Origin: Pseudomonadota bacterium
GTDB taxonomy: Bacteria > Pseudomonadota > Gammaproteobacteria > UBA9214
Assembly: GCA_039714155.1 (NCBI GenBank)
Contig: JBDLJX010000004.1
Location: 1-62,360 of the forward strand
Length of the DNA: 62,360 bases
Direction of reading: 5' to 3'
Shown here: piece by piece, positions 8,910-19,949 of the stretch
Layout: each line of letters starts with the position of its first letter
Numbering within the stretch: position 1 is the first letter of the stretch
Notes under the pieces: generated by a model
What the model was told of the DNA's origin: nothing
The model's input: the letters and a program-made list of their open reading frames with translations, nothing else
Databases searched by the model: none
Made by a program: the position numbers and the translations under genes

Positions 8910-10391
8910 ATGGAAATTAGACTAAAACCACACCTTATTGTACTCACGGCACTTGCGGCGCTGATTGCGTTGCCCCCCGGCATCAGCCGTTCCGAAAATC
9001 TGTATGCCGACCTGCCCAGCATCGGTGATTCGGCCGGTTCGGTCATTTCACCGGTCGAGGAACGCAAGCTCGGTGCCGCGTTCATGCGAAGCATCCGACA
9101 AGCCGGTATCGTCCTCGATGATCTGGAAATTACCGGCTACCTGAAATCACTTGGCCGGCGTCTTGCCACCAACAGCGACACCCCGGCCCAGCCATTTACC
9201 TTCTTTGTCGTCAACGAACCGTCGATCAACGCCTTCGCCGGACCCGGCGGATACATCGGCGTCCATACCGGCCTGTTCATTGCCTCTGAAACCGAAAGTG
9301 AGCTGGCCGGCGTGCTCGCCCACGAAATCGCGCACGTCACCCAGCGCCATCTGGCACGTGCCTTCGAGGCCGCGGACAACCTGAGTATCCCTTCCATGGC
9401 TGCGTTGATCGCCGCGATCCTCATCGGCACCCAAAACCCGGAAGCCGGCGTCGCCACGGCTGTCGCTGCCCAGGCCGGCAGCATGCAATACCAGATCAAT
9501 TTTACCCGCGCGAACGAGTATGAAGCCGACCGGGTCGGCATCCAGACCCTCGCCAACGCCGGACTGGACCCGTATGGCATGCCCATGTTCTTTGAACGCC
9601 TGCAAAAGAACTCACGTCTGTATGGCAGTCGCCCACCCGAGTTCCTGAGCACTCACCCGGTCACCACCAATCGTATCTCCGAGGCCACTTCGAGGGCCGA
9701 GAAGTACCCGGCCGGCGAGAAGGACAGCCTCGATTTCCAGCTGATACGCGCGAAGCTGCAGGTCCTCATTTACGATGACCCGAATCAGGTGATCGATGAC
9801 TACCGTCAGTACCGCAAACGCGGCGAAAAGGCCCAACCCTACCGTCAATACGAATACGCCCTGCTGTTATCGGCGACCAATAACAACAGGGAGGCCCTGA
9901 AGATACTGAAGTCGCTGCATAACAAGGACCCGGACCGGATTGCCTACCGGCTGGCCCTGGCGGACATCTATAACAAGGCTGACGAACCGGGGCAGGCGAT
10001 CACCCTGTATGAAGACAGCCTGGAACTGTACCCGGGCAGCCTGGAGCTGGTGGTTCCATATGCCAGAACGTTGCTTGCCACTGGCCAGGCCAGCAAGGCC
10101 TACATAATGCTGCGTGACTCCTACACAATCAGCGACATTAGTAATGAGAAATATAATGATCCTCATATATACAAACTGCTGGCACAGGCGGCCGAGGCCA
10201 CTGACCGCGAGGCACAAATGCATGGCGCCATGTCACAGTATTACTTCCTGAACGGCTTTACCCGACAGGCTGTACAGCAACTGCAACTGGCCAGCCGTGA
10301 ACCCGGTCTGAGTAATTACGAGAGCGCCCGCATCCAGGCACGATTGAAGGAATTGAAGGCGCTTTTGGCCGAGGAAGAAAAACAAAAATAA
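8910..10391 (+). CDS. bepA: M48 metalloprotease with TPR repeats (BepA/YfgC)
   Basis: INAFAGPGG; HEIAH; EYEADRVG; PEFLSTHP; TPR-like C-terminus; start uncertain (8859/8877/8910). Confidence 0.9.
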   Translation: MEIRLKPHLIVLTALAALIALPPGISRSENLYADLPSIGDSAGSVISPVEERKLGAAFMRSIRQAGIVLDDLEITGYLKSLGRRLATNSDTPAQPFTFFVVNEPSINAFAGPGGYIGVHTGLFIASETESELAGVLAHEIAHVTQRHLARAFEAADNLSIPSMAALIAAILIGTQNPEAGVATAVAAQAGSMQYQINFTRANEYEADRVGIQTLANAGLDPYGMPMFFERLQKNSRLYGSRPPEFLSTHPVTTNRISEATSRAEKYPAGEKDSLDFQLIRAKLQVLIYDDPNQVIDDYRQYRKRGEKAQPYRQYEYALLLSATNNNREALKILKSLHNKDPDRIAYRLALADIYNKADEPGQAITLYEDSLELYPGSLELVVPYARTLLATGQASKAYIMLRDSYTISDISNEKYNDPHIYKLLAQAAEATDREAQMHGAMSQYYFLNGFTRQAVQQLQLASREPGLSNYESARIQARLKELKALLAEEEKQK

Positions 10392-10516
10392 ATTAATAGC
10401 CTTAATAATTTTATTGTTGACACTTCACAAAGTGCAGTGTTAAGTTTTGCCAACATATAAGAATAAGGTATTCAGTGTAATCTCCTACCAATCAACGACA
10501 ATCTGGAGTGGAATCG

Positions 10517-10861
10517 ATGAAGAAACACCTATCTGCCAAGTTATTGGCGATCGCACTGCTTTCCGTTGGCATCAGCGCCGGTTGCGCTGACCAGCAAAAG
10601 AAGGAAGCCGCTGCTGAACCCGCATCCAAAGCCAGTCCTGAAGCCACTGCCGCCATCACCAATGCAGGTGATGCCATTAAAATGGCCAAGACCAATGACT
10701 GGATCTGGCGAGACACTGAAAAATTCCTGCAACAAGCCCAGGCTGCTGCCGACAAGGGCGACAACGCTGCTGCCATCAAGCTGGCCAACAAGGCCAAGTT
10801 CCAGGCAGAAGCCGCGGTCATCCAGTACAACCACGAGAAGAACAACCCGCGCGGACTGTAA
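10517..10861 (+). CDS. soxK: SoxAX-binding protein SoxK-like lipoprotein
   Basis: Lipobox SAGC; WIWRDTEKFLQQA...AIKLA..AKFQAE motif; directly upstream of soxX. Confidence 0.7.
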   Translation: MKKHLSAKLLAIALLSVGISAGCADQQKKEAAAEPASKASPEATAAITNAGDAIKMAKTNDWIWRDTEKFLQQAQAAADKGDNAAAIKLANKAKFQAEAAVIQYNHEKNNPRGL

Positions 10862-10916
10862 CCAATAGTCGCGTTACTCGTATACCAAACGACAGCATAA
10901 CTGAGGAGAACTGATC

Positions 10917-11294
10917 ATGCGGAACACCGCGAATTTTTTCAAAACCGCTTTAACACTTGTCGCCCTGCTGGGCACATTGCTGTTGGGCGCAATCTCTCCG
11001 GCGAATGCCGAGGGCGCCAAGTCGGCCGCAGAGAAAGGCAAGGAAGTTGCCTTCAACCGTAAAACAGGCAACTGCCTGGCATGTCACGCAATGGATGACG
11101 GCAGCCTGCCGGGTAATATCGGACCACCACTGGTCAGCATGAAACTGCGTTTCCCTGACAAGGCAATACTGCGCGCCCAGATCTGGGACGCCACTGTCAA
11201 GAATCCGAATACCATCATGCCTCCGTTTGGCCGGCACCAGATGCTGTCTGAAGAGGAAGTCGACTGGATTACCGAATACGTTTACAGCCTGTAA
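10917..11294 (+). CDS. soxX: Sulfur oxidation c-type cytochrome SoxX
   Basis: GNCLACH heme motif; GNIGPPL; TIMPPFG. Confidence 0.95.
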   Translation: MRNTANFFKTALTLVALLGTLLLGAISPANAEGAKSAAEKGKEVAFNRKTGNCLACHAMDDGSLPGNIGPPLVSMKLRFPDKAILRAQIWDATVKNPNTIMPPFGRHQMLSEEEVDWITEYVYSL

Positions 11295-11332
11295 TGCCAT
11301 TACAGCACAAACACACATCAGGAGAAGCACAC

Positions 11333-11803
11333 GTGACTAGCATGAAACGCAGAACATTTTTGAAAGGCTCCGTTGCAACCAGCGCCATTGGTATGGCTGT
11401 CAGCGCTGGCCTGCTGACACCGCGCATGGTGCTGGCTGCCTGGCCGAAAGCCGCCTTTGAAGCCAGCACTGTCGATGACGCACTCAGCGGCCTCTTTGGC
11501 AGCACTACCCTCACCGGCAGCGACAAGATCAAGATCAAGGCCCCGGACATCGCCGAGAACGGCGCCGTGGTACCGGTTTCTGTCACCACCGATCTTGCTG
11601 CTGAATCCATCAGCATCATTGCCGAGAAAAATACCAGCCCGCTGGCTGCCTCCTTTATCCTTGGTTCCGGCACTGAAGGTTATGTCTCCACCCGTATCAA
11701 GATGGGCAAGACCGCCAGTGTGATCGCCGTGGTCAAATCCGGCGGCAAGCTCTACAGCACCGGTAAAGAGGTCAAGGTCACCATCGGTGGTTGCGGCGGT
11801 TAA
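11333..11803 (+). CDS. soxY: Thiosulfate carrier SoxY
   Basis: Tat signal KRRTFLK; APDIAENGAVVPV; C-terminal VKVTIGGCGG; GTG start after AGGAGA. Confidence 0.97.
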   Translation: MTSMKRRTFLKGSVATSAIGMAVSAGLLTPRMVLAAWPKAAFEASTVDDALSGLFGSTTLTGSDKIKIKAPDIAENGAVVPVSVTTDLAAESISIIAEKNTSPLAASFILGSGTEGYVSTRIKMGKTASVIAVVKSGGKLYSTGKEVKVTIGGCGG

Positions 11804-11858
11804 TCTGCCAAAACCCTATCTGACAGACATACAGAATCAAGCATAGAGAGGAATTATC

Positions 11859-12170
11859 ATGGCAAGTATCAAAATGCGTGCAAAGGCCAGTGGCGGCGTA
11901 ACCACCATCAAGGCCCTGATCAGTCACCCGATGGAAACGGGTACCCGCAAGGACAAGAAGACCGGCAAGAAGATCCCCGCCCATTTCATCCAGGAAGTTG
12001 TCTGCGCACATGGCGACAAGACGGTATTGACTGCTAACTGGGGTGCAGCCATCTCCAAGAACCCGTATCTGTCCTTCCGCTTCAAGGGCGGCAATGCCGG
12101 TGACATGGTCAAGCTGAGCTGGACGGATAACAAGGGCAACAGCGATTCGGCCGAAGTTGCTATCAAGTAA
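11859..12170 (+). CDS. soxZ: SoxZ
   Basis: HPMETGTRKD; IPAHFI; SKNPY; WTDNKG. Confidence 0.97.
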   Translation: MASIKMRAKASGGVTTIKALISHPMETGTRKDKKTGKKIPAHFIQEVVCAHGDKTVLTANWGAAISKNPYLSFRFKGGNAGDMVKLSWTDNKGNSDSAEVAIK

Positions 12171-12226
12171 TTGCGTCTTTCACTAAAAGATAAAGCTGTT
12201 TAATTTACCTGGAGGAGAATAACCCA

Positions 12227-13066
12227 ATGAAAAAACTCCTGACCGCAAGCCTGGTGATTGGCCTGTTCAGCAGCGCCTTCTCACTGCCGGCAGTGGCAAC
12301 TCCGCAGCAGGATCTGGATAAGTTCCGCGCCTACTTCTACAAGCGGTTCCCCAATACGCCCAAGGATGACTACATCAACGGTGTTTATTCCATAGATGCA
12401 GCATCACGTGAACAGTGGGAGGAAATCGAGGAATTCCCGCCATACGAGTTGAGCATTGAAAGAGGCAAGGAGCTGTATAACACCCCGTTCAAGAACGGCA
12501 AGACCTACGCCAGCTGCTTCGAGAACGACGGTATGGGCATTGCCCACAAGTATCCATTCTTTGATACAAAGTCCGGTCGTGTTGTTACGCTGGAACTGTC
12601 CATCAACGAGTGCCGCAAGGCCAATGGCGAACAGCCACTGAAGTACAGCAAGGGCGCCATTGCCGACATTTCAGCCTACATGCACTACACGTCTCGTGGT
12701 GAAACGATCAATATCATCATCCCGAAAGACCCGCGTGCACTGGAAGCCTATGAGCGAGGCAAGAACCACTACTATGCCAAGCGTGGCCAGATGAACATGG
12801 CCTGTGCCGATTGCCACGTCTACCAAGCCGGCAACAAGTTGCGTGCGGACCTCCTCGGCCCGGGACTGGGGCAAACGACCCACTTCCCGGTCTATCGCTC
12901 CAAGTGGGGTAGCATGGGCACTATCCACCGTCGTTACGGTGGCTGTAACAAGCAGGTCCGTGCCAAACCGTACAAGGCCCAGAGTGACGAGTACCGGGCA
13001 CTGGAGTATTTCCATACCTACATGAGTAACGGTCTGAAATCCAACGGCCCGGGTGCCCGCAAATAA
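12227..13066 (+). CDS. soxA: SoxA, monoheme (type III-like)
   Basis: Single CADCH; first heme site degenerate (YASCFE); FPVYRSKW; GCNKQVRA; GPGARK. Confidence 0.95.
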   Translation: MKKLLTASLVIGLFSSAFSLPAVATPQQDLDKFRAYFYKRFPNTPKDDYINGVYSIDAASREQWEEIEEFPPYELSIERGKELYNTPFKNGKTYASCFENDGMGIAHKYPFFDTKSGRVVTLELSINECRKANGEQPLKYSKGAIADISAYMHYTSRGETINIIIPKDPRALEAYERGKNHYYAKRGQMNMACADCHVYQAGNKLRADLLGPGLGQTTHFPVYRSKWGSMGTIHRRYGGCNKQVRAKPYKAQSDEYRALEYFHTYMSNGLKSNGPGARK

Positions 13067-13089
13067 GTTTTAATTCAATCCGCGCACTC

Positions 13090-13121
13090 AAAGCCCGACT
13101 TGTTTCAAGTCGGGCTTTTTT
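13090..13121 (+). terminator. Rho-independent terminator of the sox operon
   Basis: AAAGCCCGACTTG TTT CAAGTCGGGCTTTTTT. Confidence 0.9.
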
Positions 13122-13236
13122 ATTCCTTCAAAGGGGACAGATTTATTTTCCGCGCACCTGGAAAACAATTCTGCCCCCAGCCGACACCGAAACTCCGTGC
13201 GCATGTCCCGGGATTCCGTCCGGCCCGGTAAACAGC

Positions 13237-13998
13237 CTACTGCCTCAACCGATAGCCAGTCTTGAACATCCACCACACGACCAGCAGGCAAGCGGCCAGG
13301 AACGCCAGAACCATGGACAGGCTCAACCCCACGCTCACGTCGGAGACTTCGAAAAAACTCCAGCGAAAGCCGCTGATCAGGTAAACCACCGGGTTGAGCA
13401 GCGTAACGGTCTGCCAGGCGGGCGGCAGCATGCTGACCGAGTAAAAGCTGCCGCCCAGAAACACCAGCGGCGTGATTACCAGCAGCGGGATGAGCTGCAG
13501 TTTCTCAAAATTGTCCGCCCACAGCCCGATGATGAACCCGAACAGGCTGAAAGAAATGCAGGTCAGGATCAGGAACCCCGTCATCCACACTGGATGGGCG
13601 ATCTCCAGGGGCACAAAGAACCCGGCTGTCGCCAGGATGATCAGGCCGATGATCAGGGACTTGGTAGCGGCGGCCCCCACATAGCCCAGCAGGATCTCGA
13701 GGAAGGATACCGGCGCGGACATGACTTCGTAGATGGTGCCGGTGAACTTGGGAAAGTAAATACCAAAGGCGGCGTTGGAAATACTCTGGGTCAGCAGCGC
13801 CAGCATCATCAGCCCGGGCACGATGAATAATCCATAGGGCACACCCTCGACCTGTTCGATGCGCGAGCCAATGGCCGAGCCAAACACCACAAAGTACAGC
13901 GAGGTGGACAGCACCGGTGAGGCGAAACTCTGCAGCAGGGTCTCCCAGGCACGCAGCATTTCGTACTTGTAGATCACTTTGACGGCGGTCGCATTCAT
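13237..13998 (-). CDS. ABC-2 type transporter permease (YadH-like)
   Basis: [10 protein letters not shown]; FIVPGL; [11 protein letters not shown]; [11 protein letters not shown]. Confidence 0.9.
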   Translation of the reverse strand: MNATAVKVIYKYEMLRAWETLLQSFASPVLSTSLYFVVFGSAIGSRIEQVEGVPYGLFIVPGLMMLALLTQSISNAAFGIYFPKFTGTIYEVMSAPVSFLEILLGYVGAAATKSLIIGLIILATAGFFVPLEIAHPVWMTGFLILTCISFSLFGFIIGLWADNFEKLQLIPLLVITPLVFLGGSFYSVSMLPPAWQTVTLLNPVVYLISGFRWSFFEVSDVSVGLSLSMVLAFLAACLLVVWWMFKTGYRLRQ

Positions 13999-14921
13999 GA
14001 CCTGGCCTTCACCAGGTTGACGAATATTTCTTCCAGAGAGCTTTGTGTGGTTTTTAAGTCTTTCAGCAACAGGCCTGCTTCCCTGATCACCTGCAGCAAG
14101 CCGCTGATACCGGTGTGTATATTGTGGGGGTCATAAGTATAGGTGAGCCGACTGCCATTGGCCGACAGATCCAGCGCCCAGGGGGCCAGCACATCGGGCA
14201 CGGCGCTCACGGCCTCCTCGAGATCAACGATCAGTTGCCTTTTGCCAAGTTTATGCATTAATGCCAGCTTGTCATCCACCAGCAACAGTTCACCGTCGTT
14301 GATGATGCCCACACGGTCGGCGATTGCCTCGGCCTCTTCTATATAGTGGGTGGTCAGAATGATGGTGACTCCGGATTCGCGCAGGCGCCGTACCAGCATC
14401 CACATGTCCTTGCGTAATTCCACGTCCACGCCCGCCGTGGGCTCGTCCAGGAACAGGACCGAGGGCTCGTGCGACAGGGCCTTGCCGATCAGCACCCGCC
14501 GCTTCATACCGCCCGACAGCGCCATCAACTCGCTGTCTTTCTTCTCCCACAGCGACAGGTCCTTGAGCAGCCGCTCGAGGTAGGTCGGGTTGGACTTTTT
14601 GCCGAACAGGCCGCGACTGAAACACAGCGTGTTCCATACCGTATCGAAGGCGCCGAGCGTGAGCTCCTGCGGTACCAGACCGATCATGCTGCGCGTGGCA
14701 CGATAGCCTGCGACGATGTCATGGCCCCCCACCGTAACCGAGCCCGAACTTGCATTGACTATCCCGCAGATAATCGAGATCAGCGTGGTCTTGCCGGCGC
14801 CGTTAGGACCAAGCAGTGCCAGGATTTCACCGGCCGCAATGTCCAGGGTCACGTCCTTCAGGGCATGGTGGCCGCTGGCGTAAGTCTTGGACAGGTTCGT
14901 TATGGAGACTATGGACTGCAT
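13995..14921 (-). CDS. ABC transporter ATP-binding protein (YadG-like)
   Basis: Walker A GPNGAGKT; LSGGMKRR; LDEPTAGVD; TTHY. Confidence 0.93.
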   Translation of the reverse strand: MQSIVSITNLSKTYASGHHALKDVTLDIAAGEILALLGPNGAGKTTLISIICGIVNASSGSVTVGGHDIVAGYRATRSMIGLVPQELTLGAFDTVWNTLCFSRGLFGKKSNPTYLERLLKDLSLWEKKDSELMALSGGMKRRVLIGKALSHEPSVLFLDEPTAGVDVELRKDMWMLVRRLRESGVTIILTTHYIEEAEAIADRVGIINDGELLLVDDKLALMHKLGKRQLIVDLEEAVSAVPDVLAPWALDLSANGSRLTYTYDPHNIHTGISGLLQVIREAGLLLKDLKTTQSSLEEIFVNLVKARS

Positions 14922-14961
14922 TTTGAATTCCCGTGAAATTCGCCATGCACAGGCTGATTGT

Positions 14962-15459
14962 TCAGATATCCCTGATAATCTTCAACATGTCCAGGGCAGT
15001 GACAATACCGGTCAATTTGCTGTCACGGGTAACAAAAACGCGGTGTATTCTTCCCTTCAGCATGGTATCCGCCACTTCCTGCACACTGGTGTCTTCACTC
15101 ACGCTGAATATCATGGGGGTCATGATGTCACGCACCTGTACGGGTGTTTCGTACTGGATATGCAATTCACGCAGTTCATCCCTGTCCATACGCCGGTCCA
15201 GCTCATACAGGTAGAAATCATGTGTATCATCCCTGCCCGGGTTATGGTCCTGCAATCGGGTCTGGCGCACGATATCCGTGAGGGAGACAACGCCGATCAA
15301 CTCGCCGTCCTCTGCAGTGACGGGGGCCCCGGATATGCTGTTGTCGACCAAAAAATCGGCCAGTTGATCCGGTGACCAGCCGGCCTCCACGGCCAGTACT
15401 TCATGTTGCATCACAGTGCTAACCGTCATTTCCCTGACTGATTCCAGAGTATCACTCAT
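14962..15459 (-). CDS. CBS domain pair protein
   Basis: ISGAPV...LIGVVSLTD; VRDIMT; IHRVFV...GIVTALD; AGGAG RBS. Confidence 0.88.
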   Translation of the reverse strand: MSDTLESVREMTVSTVMQHEVLAVEAGWSPDQLADFLVDNSISGAPVTAEDGELIGVVSLTDIVRQTRLQDHNPGRDDTHDFYLYELDRRMDRDELRELHIQYETPVQVRDIMTPMIFSVSEDTSVQEVADTMLKGRIHRVFVTRDSKLTGIVTALDMLKIIRDI

Positions 15460-15588
15460 CATGTTCTCCTGATTTATATATTGATGGATCGAATGAGGAA
15501 AAGGCCGGCATTGTAGCATGGTGATTCTGCGGGCAACTCGAGACTTGCCCTCCACGCTTCCAGGAAAGGAAGTGCATCCGCGGAACCA

Positions 15589-15652
15589 GGGGGTCAGAGC
15601 ACTTGAACAACCATGCTACTCGCAGTATCCGCCTTTCAGGTATCTGACCCCT
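15589..15652. repeat. REP-like inverted repeat
   Basis: GGGGTCAGAGCACTTGAA ... TTCAGGTATCTGACCCC. Confidence 0.5.
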
Positions 15653-15679
15653 CGTTTTGGAAAAGGCACGCCTTGTCCA

Positions 15680-17833
15680 TTATGCGTCGCGTGCGGCAAT
15701 GTTCACCCGGAACTCCGCGCCGGGTTCGCGGTTGACAACATCTACCTGACTACCCATGGCCCGGGCAAGCTGATGCACCAGCGCCAGGCCCATACCGGTG
15801 CCAACGGTCTCGCGGGTAAGTTCGTTTTCCGAACGGTAGAATAATTTGAAAATCTTTTTCATCTGGTCCCCGGGTACGCCAGGGCCGTAATCCCGCACGC
15901 TGAACTGCACACTGCCGTCACGCAATCGCTGACAGCCGATGTCGACGACTTTCTGTTCCGCGCTGGCGGAGAACTTGATGGCGTTGTCCACCAGGTTAAT
16001 GAAGATCTGGATAAACCAGTCCGGATCAGCCTGGATGATGGCCTGACCTGCTTCCGGTTCGCAACTCATGTTCAGTTCAAAACCCGCGCGTTCAATCTGC
16101 GAGGAAACCCTCGAGCGGATGCCGTCCATCAGCTCGGCCACGGTCAGGGGTTTTGTGTCAACCTGCAGGTTATTGCGGGTCATGCGCGCCAGTTGCAGTA
16201 CATTGGCGATCAGGCGAGACAGGCGCTCGCTTTCATCGAAAATATAATCGTAGTAGACCTTCTTCTTTTCGTCGGAGGCCCAGCCCTCGCGCAGCATCTC
16301 GCCGTACATGCGAATCGAGGTAAGCGGGGTTTTCAGTTCGTGACTGACGGCGGAGACGAAATCCTGTTGCTGGCGCGTGAGGTCGATTTGCCCCGCCCCC
16401 AGCCGGTACATCAGGTAAAAGCCACCGCACAGCACCAGCAGCAGGATCGCTGCAAGCCAGCTGATTACCCTGCCACCGGCACCCGCCGGCAACCGGTTGA
16501 TGCTCAGGATCAGTTCCACGTCACCCAGCGGTGCTGACAGGCGGCTCTGATAAAGCAGCGTACCGTGCAATGTCTCGGCACTGGACAGATATTCCTGCGC
16601 CGCCCGCCCGCTGAAGGCCGAGAACACATCACCCCGATACGCAACCAGCAAGTCACTCATGTTTGACAACGCGGTGTCGAGGAACATCGTTTCGATCAAG
16701 CCCTGCACAAATGGCTGCTGTTCAATCAATGCACCCTGTATGTAACGCTGTCCGTCACGCCAGACTTTGCGGAACAGCACAAAATGGCCACTGTCGAGCA
16801 GACTGAATTCGAACGGATCGATCTCGCTCTCGAAGGTTCGGATGCGGATTTCGGATTGAATCCGTGACGGATCCGTCGCCGGGGTGTCGGCCTCGCGCGC
16901 GCCCGAAAAAAACGCGGTGCCGGTTTCATCCGCCGGTTCCGGCAAGATACTGCGCTCCTTGCGCGCACGTTTGGCGGCGACGGGAGCCCCACTCGTGATC
17001 TGGCGCTGGATTTCATCGGCCGATTCGGACTGATAGCGGTAATCCAGTTTCAGGTCCTCGACCCGGCCGAGGGTGCTGGCGGCCTGCTGTTTCTTCTCCT
17101 GCTCGCGGGGGGTGGCGGCCTTGTTGAGTCGGTCAAAGGCGGCCTGACCCGGCACCTGTTCTGCCGCGATTTCCGCCCTCGCCGACACGGCACGATCATT
17201 CAGGGCCCGCTGCTCCAGCGCGTCCTTGTCCCCGGCAACCAAAGGGGCAGTCAGATCGATTTGCCTGTCACGGCGTGCTTCATTTGCATGCAATGCATCC
17301 GCGACGGCTTCCCCGCTTGTCACCGTACCGGCCTTGCTGTCCTGCACCAGCCGGTTGCGGCTTAGAATCTGCTCAATTTGCTGCTGCAGGGCCAGCCGCT
17401 GTTCCAGTTCCACGGCAGAAATACCGTAGGTCGACGCCACGGTCCCCGCTGGCGGCACCAGCGGTGTAGTGAATTCACCGTGGATGTCGATCTGAAAGTA
17501 ACCGATCAGGCCGGGAATGGGTGACGCGTGCGGATAGGCCGACAGCGGCGAGCGCTGCAGGAAGTTGGCTGCCGGATCGCCGGCAACATTCAGAAATGCA
17601 TAATCGGCAAACGAGCGCGCTTCTTCGGTATTGATCAGCTGAACGATACGAGCATCAATGCGCACAGCCAGTTCTTCTGCCAGTATCCGGTGCTGGTGAA
17701 ACGCCTCCCACTTCAACTGGCTGTAAGCCTGGTAGACAAGAATCCCGGTCGGGATGGCCAGGGCAAGAAAGAACACCGACAACCACCACCGCAGTCTTAT
17801 CCGGTCAAGTCCTGTGAGTGAGTTGCGCCACAT
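15680..17833 (-). CDS. Sensor histidine kinase with a large extracytoplasmic domain
   Basis: Two TM helices; VSHELKTPLTSIR; NLVDNAIKF; DYGPG; GTGMGL. Confidence 0.92.
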   Translation of the reverse strand: MWRNSLTGLDRIRLRWWLSVFFLALAIPTGILVYQAYSQLKWEAFHQHRILAEELAVRIDARIVQLINTEEARSFADYAFLNVAGDPAANFLQRSPLSAYPHASPIPGLIGYFQIDIHGEFTTPLVPPAGTVASTYGISAVELEQRLALQQQIEQILSRNRLVQDSKAGTVTSGEAVADALHANEARRDRQIDLTAPLVAGDKDALEQRALNDRAVSARAEIAAEQVPGQAAFDRLNKAATPREQEKKQQAASTLGRVEDLKLDYRYQSESADEIQRQITSGAPVAAKRARKERSILPEPADETGTAFFSGAREADTPATDPSRIQSEIRIRTFESEIDPFEFSLLDSGHFVLFRKVWRDGQRYIQGALIEQQPFVQGLIETMFLDTALSNMSDLLVAYRGDVFSAFSGRAAQEYLSSAETLHGTLLYQSRLSAPLGDVELILSINRLPAGAGGRVISWLAAILLLVLCGGFYLMYRLGAGQIDLTRQQQDFVSAVSHELKTPLTSIRMYGEMLREGWASDEKKKVYYDYIFDESERLSRLIANVLQLARMTRNNLQVDTKPLTVAELMDGIRSRVSSQIERAGFELNMSCEPEAGQAIIQADPDWFIQIFINLVDNAIKFSASAEQKVVDIGCQRLRDGSVQFSVRDYGPGVPGDQMKKIFKLFYRSENELTRETVGTGMGLALVHQLARAMGSQVDVVNREPGAEFRVNIAARDA

Positions 17834-17857
17834 AGTTGGTCTAACTATTGATGCAGG

Positions 17858-18559
17858 TCATTCTGCCAGCAGGCGATAGCCGGCACCGCGTACCGTGACA
17901 AGGTAACGCGGTTGTGCCGGGTCCGGTTCAATCTTGCGCCGCAGCTTCGCAATATGAATATCGACGGTCCGGGTTTCAATATCGAGATTCCTTGCATAAC
18001 CCCAGACCTTTGCCAGCAACTCATCCCGGGAGACCGGCCGGTCGGAATTCAGCCGCAGATACTGCAGCATCTCCACCTCGCGGCGGGTAAATGACAATGC
18101 CACATCACCCCGTTGGCCCTGGAGATTCCGGCAATCGACCTCGACGTCCTCACCCAGCCTGAGTGTGGCGTCCAGTTCAGCGCCGATACGTGACCGACGC
18201 AGCACGGCCTGCACCCGCAGCACCAGTTGCGCAACCGAGAACGGCTTGGCCACATAATCGTCGGCGCCCAGCGACAGGCCCTGGATGATGTCCTCATCCG
18301 TGCCCTTGGCCGTCAGCATGATGACCGGCTGGTCGCGATCTTGCGCACGAATGCGGTTACAGATTTCGAAGCCGTCCATGCCCGGCAGCATGACGTCCAG
18401 CAGGATCAGGTCGAAGCGTCCGCTCAGGGCCTTGTCCAGACCCTCCGGTCCGTCGGCCGCGAACTCCACGTCGTAACCATGGTAGACAAGGACATCCATC
18501 AGCCCGGTACGGATGGCCTCTTCGTCTTCAACGATCAGGAGTCGGATCTTGCGTTGCAT
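17858..18559 (-). CDS. OmpR family response regulator
   Basis: LLDVMLPGMDG; GADDYVAKPF; TRTVDIHIAKLRRK; TVRGAGY. Confidence 0.95.
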   Translation of the reverse strand: MQRKIRLLIVEDEEAIRTGLMDVLVYHGYDVEFAADGPEGLDKALSGRFDLILLDVMLPGMDGFEICNRIRAQDRDQPVIMLTAKGTDEDIIQGLSLGADDYVAKPFSVAQLVLRVQAVLRRSRIGAELDATLRLGEDVEVDCRNLQGQRGDVALSFTRREVEMLQYLRLNSDRPVSRDELLAKVWGYARNLDIETRTVDIHIAKLRRKIEPDPAQPRYLVTVRGAGYRLLAE

Positions 18560-18675
18560 GCGTTGTTTGCCCCGGCCAGCCCTTGTCTGGCTACCAATGA
18601 TTAATCACCTCTCACCCGCTACGCCGGTTCGACCATTACTGTTAGAAAGCCTACCAGTTCACTTGCTCCCCGGCA

Positions 18676-18693
18676 TGTAAATCTTTTGTAAAT
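18676..18693. promoter_or_regulatory. OmpR/CpxR-type tandem direct repeat
   Basis: TGTAAAT CTTT TGTAAAT with 11-bp period in the divergent intergenic region between the regulator and the pspA-like gene. Confidence 0.55.
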
Positions 18694-18790
18694 CCCCCGC
18701 CACAGGTTTTACCAAAGCCTGTCTACAACCTCGCCGCCCGCTCGCTCAAACTGGATTCACATTCAGATCAACCCGCAAGAGGTAACAGCC

Positions 18791-19327
18791 ATGGCACTTA
18801 TCACACGCGTCTCGCGACTGTTCCAGGCCGATTTCCACGCCGTGCTCGACCGCATCGAGGAACCCGAGGTGCTGCTCCGGCAGGCGGTCCGCGAGATGGA
18901 AGAGGAACTCGCCCGCGACGAGCAGCGCAGCAAGGTTTTGCAGCATGAACATGGGCAGCTCAGTACCCGCGAAACCGACCTTAAACAGTCACTGCATGAA
19001 ATTGAAGAGGAACTCGATACCTGTTTTGAAGCCGGCAATGACGACCTGGCCCGCGCCTGCATCAAGCGCAAGCTGGAAGCACAACGCTTTGGCAAAAACC
19101 TTTCCCGCAAACGCGGGGCACTCACGAAAACGCTTGATGAGCTCAACACCCGGCTCCGGGAGAACCGGGCGCGCCTGGAAAGCATGCGGCAGAAGGCCGA
19201 ACTGCTGGCCGAGGAAAGCGCCCACGCCCGGCCCGCAGACAACTGGACCATCCCCGATGTCAGCGTACGCGACGAGGACGTGGAAGTGGCCTTTCTGCGT
19301 GAAAAACAGCACAGGAGCCGGTCATGA
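18791..19327 (+). CDS. PspA/IM30 family protein
   Basis: MALITRVSRLFQADFHAVLDRIEEPEVLLRQAVREME; AGNDDLAR; coiled coil. Confidence 0.88.
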   Translation: MALITRVSRLFQADFHAVLDRIEEPEVLLRQAVREMEEELARDEQRSKVLQHEHGQLSTRETDLKQSLHEIEEELDTCFEAGNDDLARACIKRKLEAQRFGKNLSRKRGALTKTLDELNTRLRENRARLESMRQKAELLAEESAHARPADNWTIPDVSVRDEDVEVAFLREKQHRSRS

Positions 19328-19893
19328 AACAGCCCACATTCCTTGAAGGCGTCGGCGTCGCGATTGCCATCAGCCTTGCCGGTGGTGTGTTGTACACCGC
19401 CATGGACGCGGTGTTTCCCGGCGCCCCGGTACTGCGCCTGCTGATCGCCGGCATCGGCCTCGCCTATGTTGTCTATCTGCTGAGCCGCAGCCCCGAGCGT
19501 GTTGGCCGGATCACAGCCACCGCGGCCTGGCTACTGGTCGCGGGCGTGCTCTGGTTCACGCAACTACCCCTGCTGCTCTACGTGTGCGTGCATCTGGGCG
19601 CCATCTGGCTGATCCGCTCGCTGTACTTCTATTCCAGCGCGCTGTCGGCGCTCGCCGACCTGGGACTGAACGGCCTGGGCCTGGCCGCAGCCATCTGGGC
19701 AGTCACACGGACCGGCAGCGTGTTTCTCGGCATCTGGTGCTTTTTCCTGGTGCAGGCACTGTTTGTCGTCATCCCGAAGCGCGTCAACCGCAAGCCCGGC
19801 GCAGGTCAGGCCGGTTACGAAAGCGAAGACCGCTTTCAACACGCGTACCGTGTCGCAGAAGCCGCGGTACGCAAACTCTCATCCAACCCTTAA
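19324..19893 (+). CDS. Hypothetical integral membrane protein
   Basis: About 6 hydrophobic helices; ATGA overlap with the pspA-like gene. Confidence 0.8.
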   Translation: MKQPTFLEGVGVAIAISLAGGVLYTAMDAVFPGAPVLRLLIAGIGLAYVVYLLSRSPERVGRITATAAWLLVAGVLWFTQLPLLLYVCVHLGAIWLIRSLYFYSSALSALADLGLNGLGLAAAIWAVTRTGSVFLGIWCFFLVQALFVVIPKRVNRKPGAGQAGYESEDRFQHAYRVAEAAVRKLSSNP

Positions 19894-19949
19894 CCCGCAT
19901 TTCTCACCACGATGAGAAGTGCGGGTTAAACCATCAAGGAGATACTCAA

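Noticed and set aside
19584-19949. N-terminal extension of the vWA ORF
   Set aside because: Overlaps the membrane gene; the RBS and signal peptide place the start at 19950
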